Source: an uncultured virus (IMG/VR IMGVR_UViG_3300033066_001794)
Lineage: Duplodnaviria > Heunggongvirae > Uroviricota > Caudoviricetes
DNA length: 64,000 nt
IMG/VR virus record: IMGVR_UViG_3300033066_001794
Strand: one strand, 5' to 3'
Shown here: piece by piece, positions 9,414-20,057 of the stretch
Position numbering within the stretch: the stretch's first letter is position 1
Layout of the letters: the number at the start of each line of letters is the position of its first letter
Made by a program: the position numbers and the translations under genes
Notes under the pieces: generated by a model
What the model was told of the DNA's origin: nothing
Seen by the model: the letters and a program-made list of their open reading frames with translations, nothing else
The model's database searches: none

Positions 9414-10583
9414 TTATTTTGATTTCTTCTTAGCTAATTTTAAATATTTATCAGTTAAGGCATCATATTCCTTGTTAACTTGCTTTAATTTCTTAGTGTT
9501 TTTTTCTTTTTTATATTTACGGATAAGCTTTTCTAGTTCCTTTCTTAAGCTTTGTAAATCGGATAGTTCTTGGGCATATTTCTCTATTTCTTCTTTTTCG
9601 GAAGATTTTTTTACTGATGAGAAGAAGTTGTTCCAAGAGTTTAGGGAGTCATTTATTTTTTGTTTTTTAATAATCCTCTTAATTTTACTTTTTTCTTTTT
9701 CAGAAATTGGTTTTTCTGATGCCTGAGATTCAGTTGGAAGTTTGTATTCAGGTTCTTCATCTCGTTCTAATTCTCCTTCAGGTTTGAATCCAAAGTCATA
9801 TACTTTTCCCATAGAAGTACAGGTGTAAATATATGTTTCCCATCTTTTTTTGGATTCATTGTACTCTGCATCTGTCATTTTAAAATAGATGTCTAAGTCT
9901 TCAGAGCCTATAGTGCTTCCGTATTCGCTTCTCATAGAGGCATTACACCAATTAACCCATTTGGCGAAGAACTTGTCGTACCCCTTTGATTCGATTGATT
10001 CTACTATCCCTGTTGGAGTATCACGGATGGTTTTTTTGAAATACTCAGTTATCCTAAATTCATGAGGATAAGGAATTATCATTGGGCTTATTACATATAG
10101 GTATGGCGATAATGTTTCAAATGGAACATCCTTTATTTCGTAATAAACATTTGGGTTTTGGAACTTAGGAAGTATGTATGGCTTAGGTCTTTTATCATCA
10201 GACTTTAGCTGTTCATACTTTTTTTGTATTATTTCTTCAGTACAATTTACACCTGCTGCCTTGCAGTCATTGAAAATCTCTCGTACTAACCTTATGAATG
10301 AAGGGTCGAAATAAGAAATAAAGTCACTTCTATTGTTTTTCCAAAGAAGTGACCTTATGAAATTGAAATTGTTTTTTGAAAACCCGCCAACTTTAGGTTT
10401 TTCCTTACTTTTTTTAGAGGATTTTCCTACCGATTTGGTTGTCGGTTTTTTTTTTACTTTACTTGAAGAAGTAGATTTAGTTTGCTCTTTGGTGTTTTTA
10501 GAAATAGGGCTTTTTTTGGCTGACTTTTTTAAGTTATCATCCTTACTATTTTGTGGTAGTATTTTCCTATTTTTCTTTGCCAT
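9414..10583 (-). CDS. hypothetical protein, Lys/Ser-rich N-terminus, coiled-coil C-terminus
   Basis: ORF track, 389 aa. Confidence 0.7.
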   Translation of the reverse strand: MAKKNRKILPQNSKDDNLKKSAKKSPISKNTKEQTKSTSSSKVKKKPTTKSVGKSSKKSKEKPKVGGFSKNNFNFIRSLLWKNNRSDFISYFDPSFIRLVREIFNDCKAAGVNCTEEIIQKKYEQLKSDDKRPKPYILPKFQNPNVYYEIKDVPFETLSPYLYVISPMIIPYPHEFRITEYFKKTIRDTPTGIVESIESKGYDKFFAKWVNWCNASMRSEYGSTIGSEDLDIYFKMTDAEYNESKKRWETYIYTCTSMGKVYDFGFKPEGELERDEEPEYKLPTESQASEKPISEKEKSKIKRIIKKQKINDSLNSWNNFFSSVKKSSEKEEIEKYAQELSDLQSLRKELEKLIRKYKKEKNTKKLKQVNKEYDALTDKYLKLAKKKSK

Positions 10584-10606
10584 TGAACATGTTCAATCCG
10601 ATAATA

Positions 10607-10909
10607 TTAATCTTCGATTGGGTTCGAATTATCGAAAGTTTGAATCATCTTCTCAACCTTTTTTTCTTCTATCTTGTACACTAATGATAATAGCTTAACG
10701 ACACTAGCATTAGCTGTTCCTTTATACCAAGTAGAATGAATAGTACCGATTGAAAGTTCAGTATCTTTTCTAATTTGTCTTTGTGTAAGATTCTGTTTAA
10801 TGCACCAAATTTTAAATTTAGTTACCCCCTGAATCTCTTTCTTCTTTTTCACTTCTGTTTCTACTGAAACAGTCTTCTTTGCTTTTTTTGCTGTTACTTT
10901 TTTTGCCAT
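10607..10909 (-). CDS. putative HTH DNA-binding protein
   Basis: LTQRQIRKDTELSIGTI resembles an XRE-type HTH. Confidence 0.5.
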   Translation of the reverse strand: MAKKVTAKKAKKTVSVETEVKKKKEIQGVTKFKIWCIKQNLTQRQIRKDTELSIGTIHSTWYKGTANASVVKLLSLVYKIEEKKVEKMIQTFDNSNPIED

Positions 10910-11018
10910 TTGTTTGAATTTAGGTAGGGACTACAAATATAGTCCTTACTTTGGTTTTTTGTTTGAAAAATTGTTCTGTTTTATTAACCTATTTTTATTG
11001 TTACTTTGTTGCGTTATG

Positions 11019-11878
11019 TTATTTTGGTTCTTTTATTTTGCGTTCTTCTAGCAGTTCAAATGCGCTTTCTAGCGTCTTTAAGCTAGTTTCTCTTCTTGAT
11101 GTCCAATCTGAGCTTAAAATCTGCCTGTACTCGCTTTCTGCAACAGATTTAAACTTACTGATTCCCATTGGCATTACATGACACCAAATGAAGGCAGCAT
11201 CAAAAAACTCGAAGGCTTTCTCTTCATTTTCAAAATATCCCTTTTCTTTCAGGGATTCCGTGAATAACTCTTCAGTAAAAAACTTGTAATTAACTGATTT
11301 ACTTCCGATTATCCACATGTACATCTCGTAAGATGCTAATTTGTAGTTGTAAAATATTCTGCTCCAATCCACTTTGCCTTATTTTAGTTAAACAATTAAT
11401 TATTGATTCATTACTCTAATCATGTCCCAATTTTCTAAGAATGAAAAAATACTTTCGTATTCAACATTTCCTCTATCATCTTCACCTACAAGGTGTATTA
11501 AAATGTTTTTATTTTTAGAATCGTTACTAATTTTAAGAACATATCTTTTGTTAGTCGAGTATCCACAAGAGCCGTTTTGTCCCTTGAAAACCGCTGTTAT
11601 TATTTTTGATTTCATGTTTTTTTTGTTTATGAGTTATTAAAATGATATTTCCCTAGTTCCATATAAGTCCAATTCATTTCCTGTTTGGTAGCAGGTCTAA
11701 TTTGGATTTCAAATCCTTTATCGGCTAAACTCTGAACATCTGATGGAGTGAATGCCTTGTAAATTTCTGCTTGATAGTATGGTTTCATTGCACCATTTGT
11801 CAAATGTCCAAACTTAGTTCCAACATTAAATAATGTAATAATATTATTTTCTTTTTTTTCTGTTTCTGCTGCTGCCAT
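11019..11878 (-). CDS. three hypothetical ORFs (11019-11372, 11400-11615, 11627-11878)
   Basis: ORF track. Confidence 0.55.
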
Positions 11879-11895
11879 TACGTTTATTTAAAATT

Positions 11896-12783
11896 TTAGT
11901 TAGTCTTTCTTCTCCCGTCAACTTTTATTTTTGGTTCATACAGGGTAGCCATTAATTCATCATAAGAGTAATCTCCTTCAATTAAACTAGATATGAATGT
12001 GAATATTTCCATTTTATCTTGACGAATAACGAGACCTTCTTTTTTGTAGTGCCTGTAAGCTTTTTTTATAGCGGAGAAGGAATTAACTTTGTCTTTTGCC
12101 TTTCCAATATCCCTCAGTGTAATTTTAGGAGCTTCTGATGTTTGTGATGAATTTGCTTTTTTGAAAGCTATTGTTTGCTCTATTGTTTCGATGGCTTTAT
12201 CATAGTTTTTTTCTTTTCTCATGACATCCATTGCAAGTGTTCCTGTTATAACATTATCTCTAACCATATTTTTTATTTTGGTAGGAGCATTGTATAACAT
12301 TTTCAGGTTAGACATGTAAGTGTTACTGAAACCTGTCTTATTTCTAATTGCTTCTTCATCCATTCCGCAATCTACTAATCTGAATACTGCATCTGCTTGT
12401 TCAACAGGATTAAGTGGTTTCCCTTCATTACAAAGAATCATTTCCATAATTCTTTTTTCTTCTGTAATTCCATTTTCTAATATGAATGGCATAAAGGTAA
12501 TATCGCCTGTTTCTTCTAATATCAGACTACAGGCTTTAAATCTTCTATGTCCATCAGTAAGATAAACCATTCCGTCTTTTTTCAAACCCTTACAGGGCAT
12601 TAAAACTCCATTCTCTTTAATTTGTTTTGCTAACAACGGAATGTCCCCCATGTCAGTTCTAACGTTCTTAGAGAATTCTTTACCATCAATTTCGATTGTA
12701 TCTTCAATCTCTCTAACTTCAGTAACAGGTACTAAAATTATTTTTTGTTCTTGTAATCCTTCCATTTTTAATTTATCAGTCAT
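11896..12783 (-). CDS. ParB/Srx-like domain protein
   Basis: NVR..LAKQIKENGVLMP..YLTDGHRRFKA motif followed by LNPVEQA and an HTH. Confidence 0.8.
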   Translation of the reverse strand: MTDKLKMEGLQEQKIILVPVTEVREIEDTIEIDGKEFSKNVRTDMGDIPLLAKQIKENGVLMPCKGLKKDGMVYLTDGHRRFKACSLILEETGDITFMPFILENGITEEKRIMEMILCNEGKPLNPVEQADAVFRLVDCGMDEEAIRNKTGFSNTYMSNLKMLYNAPTKIKNMVRDNVITGTLAMDVMRKEKNYDKAIETIEQTIAFKKANSSQTSEAPKITLRDIGKAKDKVNSFSAIKKAYRHYKKEGLVIRQDKMEIFTFISSLIEGDYSYDELMATLYEPKIKVDGRRKTN

Positions 12784-12876
12784 TATTTATATTTTTTAAA
12801 TTGCATTAAGTAGTATATAAAAGAGTTTCTTATTTAACCCATCCTCCATTTACATGTTTTTTTTTAAAATCAGACA

Positions 12877-12974
12877 TTCTTAGAGAACTCTTTACCATCA
12901 ATTTCGATTGTATCTTCAATCTCTCTAACTTCAGTAACAGGTACTAAAATTATTTTTTGTTCTTGTAATCCTTC
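12877..12974. repeat. 98-bp direct duplicate of 12665-12762 (5' part of the ParB-like gene)
   Basis: Identical except one base (GAGAATTC vs GAGAACTC). Confidence 0.9.
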
Positions 12975-13010
12975 TTGGCTCAGATACTTAAATAATACAA
13001 AAAATGTTAT

Positions 13011-14705
13011 TTAATCAATAAACTTGACTATACTAACTTTGCTTTTTGTGTTACTTACTCTAAAAGTTGAAAATGATTTTTTAATATCGCTCCAACCCCA
13101 ACGCCATCTGAGTCCGTTGTTTTTTGCTACTTTGTAAAATCCTACCCACTCCTTACAATCTTTAAAAATCTGAACATCTCCTTGCTTCAACTCAATTTTT
13201 TGTTGAGTAATTAGCACATTCATAGTGTCAGATATTGTACCTGTAATTTGTGGGTAAAATAGCCCCTTTTTGTACTTAAACATTCCTCTTCGACAAATTT
13301 CAATTGCTGCATTTGTCGCATCAAAATATTCGTACATAATATTTCCAATAAAAGATGTGTACACAGGAATTATCGGAATTAACTCGATTCCATGAGCCTT
13401 ACATCGCTTTTCAATTTGCCATTCAGTAATTTTTCTATGCCAAATATTTCTTACTTTTCTGTTTGCTTCTGATGAATTAAATGCTTCATTTTTAGCAATT
13501 CCATCAACATCTTCTTTTACAAAACAAGCTACCTTATAGTGTGAAGCTATTGAAAATAGTAACTTCCAAGCATTTTGAACTTCGTTGATTCGCTTATTAT
13601 TTTGTTTTATTGTTAGCGGATGGTCTGATGCTAAACCTAATTTTTCATTAAGTAAACTTAAATTTATTACACCTTTTTCAATGATTTTTTTAATTCCATC
13701 CTCACCTCTATCTGCCACGCAATACCCAATAAAATCAGGGTTTATATCAACTGCAATAAATCTGTTTTCTATTTTACCAAATAATTTTTTAATCTTCAAA
13801 TCGTCGTGATATTTTTTGTAAACAGCTTTTATAATTTCTGTTTTTTCAACATCAGATAATTCTTTTTCTTTGATTAATTTTACTTCTTTTCTGCGCTCTT
13901 TTTCATCAACGTAATATCCTGAAAGTACTTCATCATCAAATGAAACACAGATTTGATTAGTTGAAATTTGAAGTGTTATTGATAGTTCTTTTCTATCAAT
14001 AAAATCTTTTATTTTTAAAAATTCTTCTTTTTGTTTTTTAGAACACGAATATTTTATTTCAATTATTTTTCCTTTGAATGGCTTGTAAAATATGGTGTTA
14101 TTAGCGAAATCAAAATCAAAAAATCTATTTCCAATTTGATTAGCTTCACCTAAAATATAAAAATGAAGAATCCTGTTTTGATGAAATAATTTCGTTTGTT
14201 TATCAATGTTTGATTGATTTTCTGATAACAATAATTTTCGTTTTTCTTCGCTAATTTCTTTGTCATTTTCGATAACAAAAACATTATTGTAAAGCTTTGT
14301 TAACGCATGTAAATTTTCTTTTCCACCAAAAGTAATATCACAAGTAAGTGAGTGTTCAAGTTCTTTAATTTTATTGTAAGTCTTGAATTTTTTACGAGTA
14401 TTATTATTTGACTTATCCTTTGTTTGTAAGTCTTTCAGCGTTGATGTAAGTTCAATAATTCTTTGTTCCTTATCACTTTTATTCGTCGCTGTTTGCGCTA
14501 ATTTTGAATTAACTTCAGACTTCAAAGACCTAAATTCAATCTCAGTTAACTTGTATTTTTCCTTTAATTTTTCTTGAAATTCTTTGTTATCAATATTGTC
14601 AAAATGTTTATAAAGCTTACGAAAAGCACAGCTATAATTAACTTGTTTTTCCAAAATAAATTCAGAATCAGAACACGATTTAATATTTAAAGCTATTGTT
14701 TTCAT
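13011..14705 (-). CDS. tnpB: TnpB/Cas12f-like RuvC nuclease (likely start MKTIALN)
   Basis: RuvC-I FIAVDINP, RuvC-II FVKED, YTS..FDATNAAIEI RuvC-III; no Cys4 Zn finger. Confidence 0.75.
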   Translation of the reverse strand: MKTIALNIKSCSDSEFILEKQVNYSCAFRKLYKHFDNIDNKEFQEKLKEKYKLTEIEFRSLKSEVNSKLAQTATNKSDKEQRIIELTSTLKDLQTKDKSNNNTRKKFKTYNKIKELEHSLTCDITFGGKENLHALTKLYNNVFVIENDKEISEEKRKLLLSENQSNIDKQTKLFHQNRILHFYILGEANQIGNRFFDFDFANNTIFYKPFKGKIIEIKYSCSKKQKEEFLKIKDFIDRKELSITLQISTNQICVSFDDEVLSGYYVDEKERRKEVKLIKEKELSDVEKTEIIKAVYKKYHDDLKIKKLFGKIENRFIAVDINPDFIGYCVADRGEDGIKKIIEKGVINLSLLNEKLGLASDHPLTIKQNNKRINEVQNAWKLLFSIASHYKVACFVKEDVDGIAKNEAFNSSEANRKVRNIWHRKITEWQIEKRCKAHGIELIPIIPVYTSFIGNIMYEYFDATNAAIEICRRGMFKYKKGLFYPQITGTISDTMNVLITQQKIELKQGDVQIFKDCKEWVGFYKVAKNNGLRWRWGWSDIKKSFSTFRVSNTKSKVSIVKFID

Positions 14706-14715
14706 TTGGTAAATG

Positions 14716-14843
14716 AGCCTTCTCACAAGCAGGTTGCTATAATCATAACCTAATTGAAAAGGAGGGATTCCTGCTTGCTTGAAGGTTTATTTTAAATATT
14801 TTTTATTGTTTTCAATTTGGTTAATTATAGCGAAACAAATATA
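14716..14843 (-). promoter_or_regulatory. TATATTTG promoter plus conserved structured leader (copy A)
   Basis: AACCTTCAAGCAAGCAGGAATC...AACCTGCTTGTGAGAAGGCT; shared with 23381 and 44406. Confidence 0.85.
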
Positions 14844-14898
14844 ATACTATTTACTTTATTAAACAAGTTTATTTTACATTATTTAAAGTTCATGGTTT

Positions 14899-17800
14899 TT
14901 AATTTTCTTTTTCCACTGTTATTTTGAAACCATTATATTTTATGATAAATGGGTAAAATTCATATACGGGTATAAACGAATCATATCTATTTTCTGAAAT
15001 ATCTTTTTTATAAATTAAAATTATTGGATAGGTCGGTATATTATCAATTTTGTATTTCTCACCATTTATTTCTGCCATTAAATTACTATTAGACCCATCT
15101 TCGTTATAAGAATATGGCTTAAACTCAATAGTTTCTCCTGATGGAATAGTTACGTAAGCACTATTTCCTTTTGCTTTATAAATTTTTTTCATTTTTTAGT
15201 ATAATTTTTGACCTAATTTTTGTTCACACAATTTTATTAATTCTTTTCTAATCGGAATTATTTTTTCCTCATCAGCAACCTTATTTGTACAATCTAAAAG
15301 CATTCTCAATACACCAAAATCATACTCAGGGAACATAAATACTTTTAAAAACTCAATAGCTCCATCTAAATCATCTTTAATAATAAAGTTGTTTAAATAT
15401 CTGTATGCTACCTTCAGCCTTTCTGTTCCTGATGGATTTTCAATTGCAGGTTTAGAATGATATTCTTTAGAGGCATCTGATTTTACAATATACATGAAAA
15501 CGGATTCCATCCAAGATGAGTCAAAGCTTTTAATAGCACCGCTTTGAACTAATTCTTTAGCGTAATTCTTAGCATATTTCTCTAATGCGTCCTGCTTTTC
15601 CTTAGTTGTAATCGTAATCCCTCTTTCTTTTTCAGAATTTTCTATTTCACTATGCATAATTTGACCGTATTTTGAACTGCAAATATAACAATAAAATTGA
15701 GATTAATATCAATAATAAGTTGAATTGGCAGTATTTTTAACAATTATATTTATAATTAGATATAATTTCAAAAGAATCAGAAGTCTTTTTAAAAGGAATT
15801 CCAACCATCATAACTCCATTCTTATCTTCAGTGAAAATATAATCTTTACCAACGAACCATTCTTCTCCTTTTATGTCGTGTAAAATCAATCCTTTATTAT
15901 TTTTCAGAACAATTGGATAAGCCCAAATAGGAATCATTAGCGTTTTGTTTCTCCAATTAACAAAACCTAATTGCTCTAGTTGTTCTTTACTGAATTTAGT
16001 AAAGTCACATTTATCGAATTCAGAGGTGAGCATAATTAATGCTTCATCAATTTTATTTTTTATTGATTGAATCGGTTCATCTTGAATGTTTATAAATCCA
16101 CTGATAATTCTATTAGCAAAAATAGAAGAATATCTTTGGAATATCTTCATGTATTCTTCAGTAGAATATTCTTTAGGAAATGGAGATGAAAAGAGAGGAG
16201 TAAATAACCATTCTAATTCTTCAATAGCTTTTTGTTCTTCTATTCTATCGTCATCATCATTGGTGTCAACTTCTACTTGGTTATCCACTTTTTTATTATC
16301 TGAAACGTTATTTTTAATCTCACCTTGTTTCAGTAGATTAGTTGCTTCTTGTTCTTTAATTCTTTTAACATGGTCTAACCAACCATCAATATTTGATTGC
16401 GAAAATATTTCCATATCAGTTATTGTTAGATTAGCTTGTATAGCATTAACTAGTCCGTTAGGAGTAGGAATCGAGAATCCCAAGTTTTGAACAGAAAAAC
16501 TTAATGATAACCATACAAACTGATATGGTTCTTCTTTATCAAAACGTTCTGTTAATTCTATATTATATGTTAAGTTTTGATTTGGATTGTTTTGAATTTT
16601 GTTTATAGCACCTTGTATTAATGCGTTAATATGATTTCTTCTATCTGTTGATAGATTGTTCATAGCTAATTCAACTTTTGTATCGTTATTCATAATGCTT
16701 TTTTTTATAAAATTATTTTAATTTTTTTCTTTAGGCAAAAGACCATATTCAATTAAAAACTCACGTCTCTTCATTAGTGCGTCTTCCTGCATTTTGTTTT
16801 TTAGATTCTCTAGTCTTTCCTTTTCTTTGTCTTCGTATTCTTTTAATTTTTTTACAACATCTTTGTATTCCTGATGTATATAAATTAGCCATTCAGATGG
16901 GTTATTAAAAAAGAATTCCTTTTTAATACCATTCTCATCAGTTGTGTATATTTTAGGTCTTGGAATAGATTTTGAAATCATCAAGTAATCTTTATTACTC
17001 TCAAATACATCGCTCATCTTTTTCATGACACTTATCTTACCAACAAGAATCTCATTAATTCTAACTCCATTATAATGCTCAGTAATGCATTTTGTTTTGT
17101 TTACATACTGTTCTTGCATTATGTCTTCTTTAGATTTTTTTGATTTGAATATTTTAGAAAGCATATTTTTATAATTTATTAAATAATAAATTTAGTGATT
17201 ATTTTAGAAAAATAAAAATTAATTAGATTTCTCGGCTACTTCAAACTGCGAACGTTCTTTTTCCGTCAACCACCACCAAATTTTATCACTATTTATAGAT
17301 ACTTTAAGTGTATCGCTTCCATCAAAATCATTTTGTTCAAAATCAGAAATTTCATAATAAAAAGGTTTTCTTTCTTTACCATCAGGTGTTTCTAAAATCA
17401 TACAAGCCTGAGAAACAACGAAACTTTTTATTCTAAAAATTTGTCCTTCATATTTAATTAGCTTACCAACATATTCATTTATTTCTTTTGGATACCAAGA
17501 CCATTTTTCCTCCATACTGTCAATGAAGCTATCAATGTTTTTAAACGCTCTTTCATAAGTTCGTCCTCCACACTCATAAACTTGAATATCGTTTAAAAAT
17601 AATTTTCCCGAACATGCTTTTCTGATTTCATCCCCACTTAATCCTGAACTTTTTAAATAATTACTTTCTTCAATTACTATTTTAAATGGTAATCTATGCC
17701 CATCAAATCCATAAATGCGCTCAGGGTTTTCTTTACTTCTAGCGTAAATTGTATTATCCTGTCTTGAATGAGGAAATTCACCATGAATAAGTTCATAGTC

Positions 17801-18187
17801 TTGCCCTGAAATTTTTACATCCATCCATGCTTTTGAGTTAACTTCTTTTCCTACACCCCAATTATAGTGTTGTGGTTTTTCAGGTTCTTTTTCTTTAGAT
17901 TCTTCCCGATTAGGTCTTGGCTCTATACCATAGTACTCATCCATGATAGCTGTACCTTGTTCGCTCGAAATTTTTGTTGTCAATATTGTTTTTAATTCAG
18001 AAACTATTTCCGAGTCTTGAGATTCAACTTTTTTAACTAAATCTGATTTATCTTCAATTAAATCATGAGCATGTAAAATATTTATTAAATCAATTGCTTC
18101 AGATTTAATTAATGTGTCAGAACTAACCGCATGAATGAAATCAGCAATAATTGTTCTCTCTTCTTTTGTAAAATCTATTTTCTCCAT
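14899..18187 (-). CDS. five hypothetical ORFs (14899-15192, 15196-15657, 15737-16693, 16718-17164, 17219-18187)
   Basis: ORF track; co-oriented. Confidence 0.65.
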
Positions 18188-18211
18188 TTTTTTGTTTTTA
18201 AAGTATTAAAA

Positions 18212-18964
18212 TTATTTTCCTAAAATCATTCTTAAAACTGCTTTTGTGTTTCCTGAAAAGTCGTTGTCTAACATCCAATTTGCATAACTAGTATTTTCTA
18301 AAACTTTTTGGTTTTGGTGTTTGCCAAAATTATACAGGTAATCTCCATTTTCATTTTTAATTATTTTACCTGCTAAATCAACTCTGTTATCTAGCTTACA
18401 AAAATCGGCAATTTCATCAATTGTCTTTCCTTGTAGTTCTTCATATCTTTCTAGTTGAGCTAAGAACACTTCATAAGTTGCTAATGTATCAGCCTTACTA
18501 CTATGAGCATCTTCAAGAACTTTTCCGCAGTAAAATTTATATGCTCCAACAAGAGTACGTTGCTCCATTTTTTTGAATATGGTACAAGCGTCAATACTTC
18601 TAACGCCTATTGCAGGAAATACAATATCCGCTCTTGAAAATTCTTCGCAAAGAATAATATCATCGAATTGTCTATTATTAAATCCTCCAATATCGCAACC
18701 TTCAATAAAAGTATTTAGGCTTTTAGCGATATTTTTAAAGGTCGGACTTTTATCTACCATCTCATTTGTAATTCCATGTACATCACTAGCCTCTTTTGGA
18801 ATAGGTATTTCAGGATTAACAAGTGTAGATTTAACTTCTGTTTCACCACTAGGAAAAACCTTTAGTGCTGTTATAGAAACTATCCTATCAGTTGGTTTCA
18901 AGCCTGTCGTTTCTAAATCATATAGCACGAGTGGTCTTTCTAATTTTAATTTAAACTGCTCCAT
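18212..18964 (-). CDS. DEDDh 3'-5' exonuclease (DNA pol III epsilon-like)
   Basis: YDLETTG, GFNNRQFD, AHSSKAD; C-terminal FGKH extension. Confidence 0.9.
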   Translation of the reverse strand: MEQFKLKLERPLVLYDLETTGLKPTDRIVSITALKVFPSGETEVKSTLVNPEIPIPKEASDVHGITNEMVDKSPTFKNIAKSLNTFIEGCDIGGFNNRQFDDIILCEEFSRADIVFPAIGVRSIDACTIFKKMEQRTLVGAYKFYCGKVLEDAHSSKADTLATYEVFLAQLERYEELQGKTIDEIADFCKLDNRVDLAGKIIKNENGDYLYNFGKHQNQKVLENTSYANWMLDNDFSGNTKAVLRMILGK

Positions 18965-19138
18965 TGTTTAATTTATTTTTTATTTTTAAATTCATTCGTC
19001 AAAGAGTAAATAAGCATTTTAGCGTCATGATTATGGCATCTATCTACATAACTAAGGCTACCTAAACTTTTAAACATTTCTTCTCCTTTCTTATTAAGTT
19101 CTTTGACTATATTTAAGAGGATTGTTTCTACTTCTATT

Positions 19139-19771
19139 TTATTTTCCATAAATTTCTTTAAGAATAAGTGATAATGCTAATATAGAAACCAAAATAATAT
19201 TATACTTTCCATGAAGACTAGTGCTTGATTCAACAGCTAGTTTATGTGAATTTGTTTTTCTATATGTACTTAAATATTTTAGAGTTAAAATAAATCCAAT
19301 GATTATCAAAAATATCCCAACGTAAACAGGAATACCTATTAAGCAATGAATCATTCCGAATTTAATGTTTGACCAAATAGATTGGCTAAATTTCTCATGA
19401 CCCTGCCTAAACTTCTGTTCTTCCCAATAAGCCGATTTAGGTAATAGTAAAGCGAAAAACAAGAAAATAATTATGGTCAAGTATACCGATATATCATTTG
19501 ATTTATTTATTATTTCAATGTTAGCATTTGTCCCATCTTTATCTAATAGTGAAAACAAACTGAATTTAAGAAATTCAGGGATGTATGGGTATAATAATCC
19601 AATAGATGTAATAAGAAAAATGATAACTAGTAATGCTAAAAGCCAATCTAATGGTCTTCTTAAATAAACTAATTTATAACAATTATTGTCTTCTTTTCTT
19701 GACAAATAAAGCTCAGCAATATTTATTCCGAAAATACCAAATATCACGATGTAGTAAATGATTTCTTTCAT
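19139..19771 (-). CDS. membrane protein, possible CPBP/Abi-like metalloprotease
   Basis: Several TM segments; EEQKFR, FGMIH and late HxxYN motifs. Confidence 0.5.
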   Translation of the reverse strand: MKEIIYYIVIFGIFGINIAELYLSRKEDNNCYKLVYLRRPLDWLLALLVIIFLITSIGLLYPYIPEFLKFSLFSLLDKDGTNANIEIINKSNDISVYLTIIIFLFFALLLPKSAYWEEQKFRQGHEKFSQSIWSNIKFGMIHCLIGIPVYVGIFLIIIGFILTLKYLSTYRKTNSHKLAVESSTSLHGKYNIILVSILALSLILKEIYGK

Positions 19772-19775
19772 ATTT

Positions 19776-20054
19776 TTAATTTAAGTACTGCATTTTAACC
19801 TTTATCATGGCTGTAATTTTTTGAACCTCTTGGTGATGAGAAGGATGGAATAAGTTAAGGCTTTCTATTTCAGAAATACACTCTTCAAGTTCTATAATAC
19901 TTTTCGCAACAGAAACCCTTTTTTCTATTTTGTATAAAGAATCATATATTTCCCATGATTTCCTTCCCATCCAAAACGCAAAATATCCTAACACTATGAA
20001 TACAATAATTATCCCTAATACATTAAATAAAATTGTTTTTTCTTCTTCAGTCAT
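19776..20054 (-). CDS. hypothetical membrane protein
   Basis: N-terminal TM helix. Confidence 0.55.
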   Translation of the reverse strand: MTEEEKTILFNVLGIIIVFIVLGYFAFWMGRKSWEIYDSLYKIEKRVSVAKSIIELEECISEIESLNLFHPSHHQEVQKITAMIKVKMQYLN

Positions 20055-20057
20055 AAA

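Larger units (their letters stand above)
12983..14892 (-). mobile_element. putative TnpB-only element 1
   Basis: Removing it restores AAACC-ATG AGC CAA GAA GGA (MSQEGLQEQKI) right after the upstream gene; 3' end TATC. Confidence 0.55.

Noticed and set aside
12800..14900. Type V CRISPR-Cas locus around the RuvC genes
   Set aside because: No repeat-spacer array or cas1/cas2 near either gene or elsewhere in the window.
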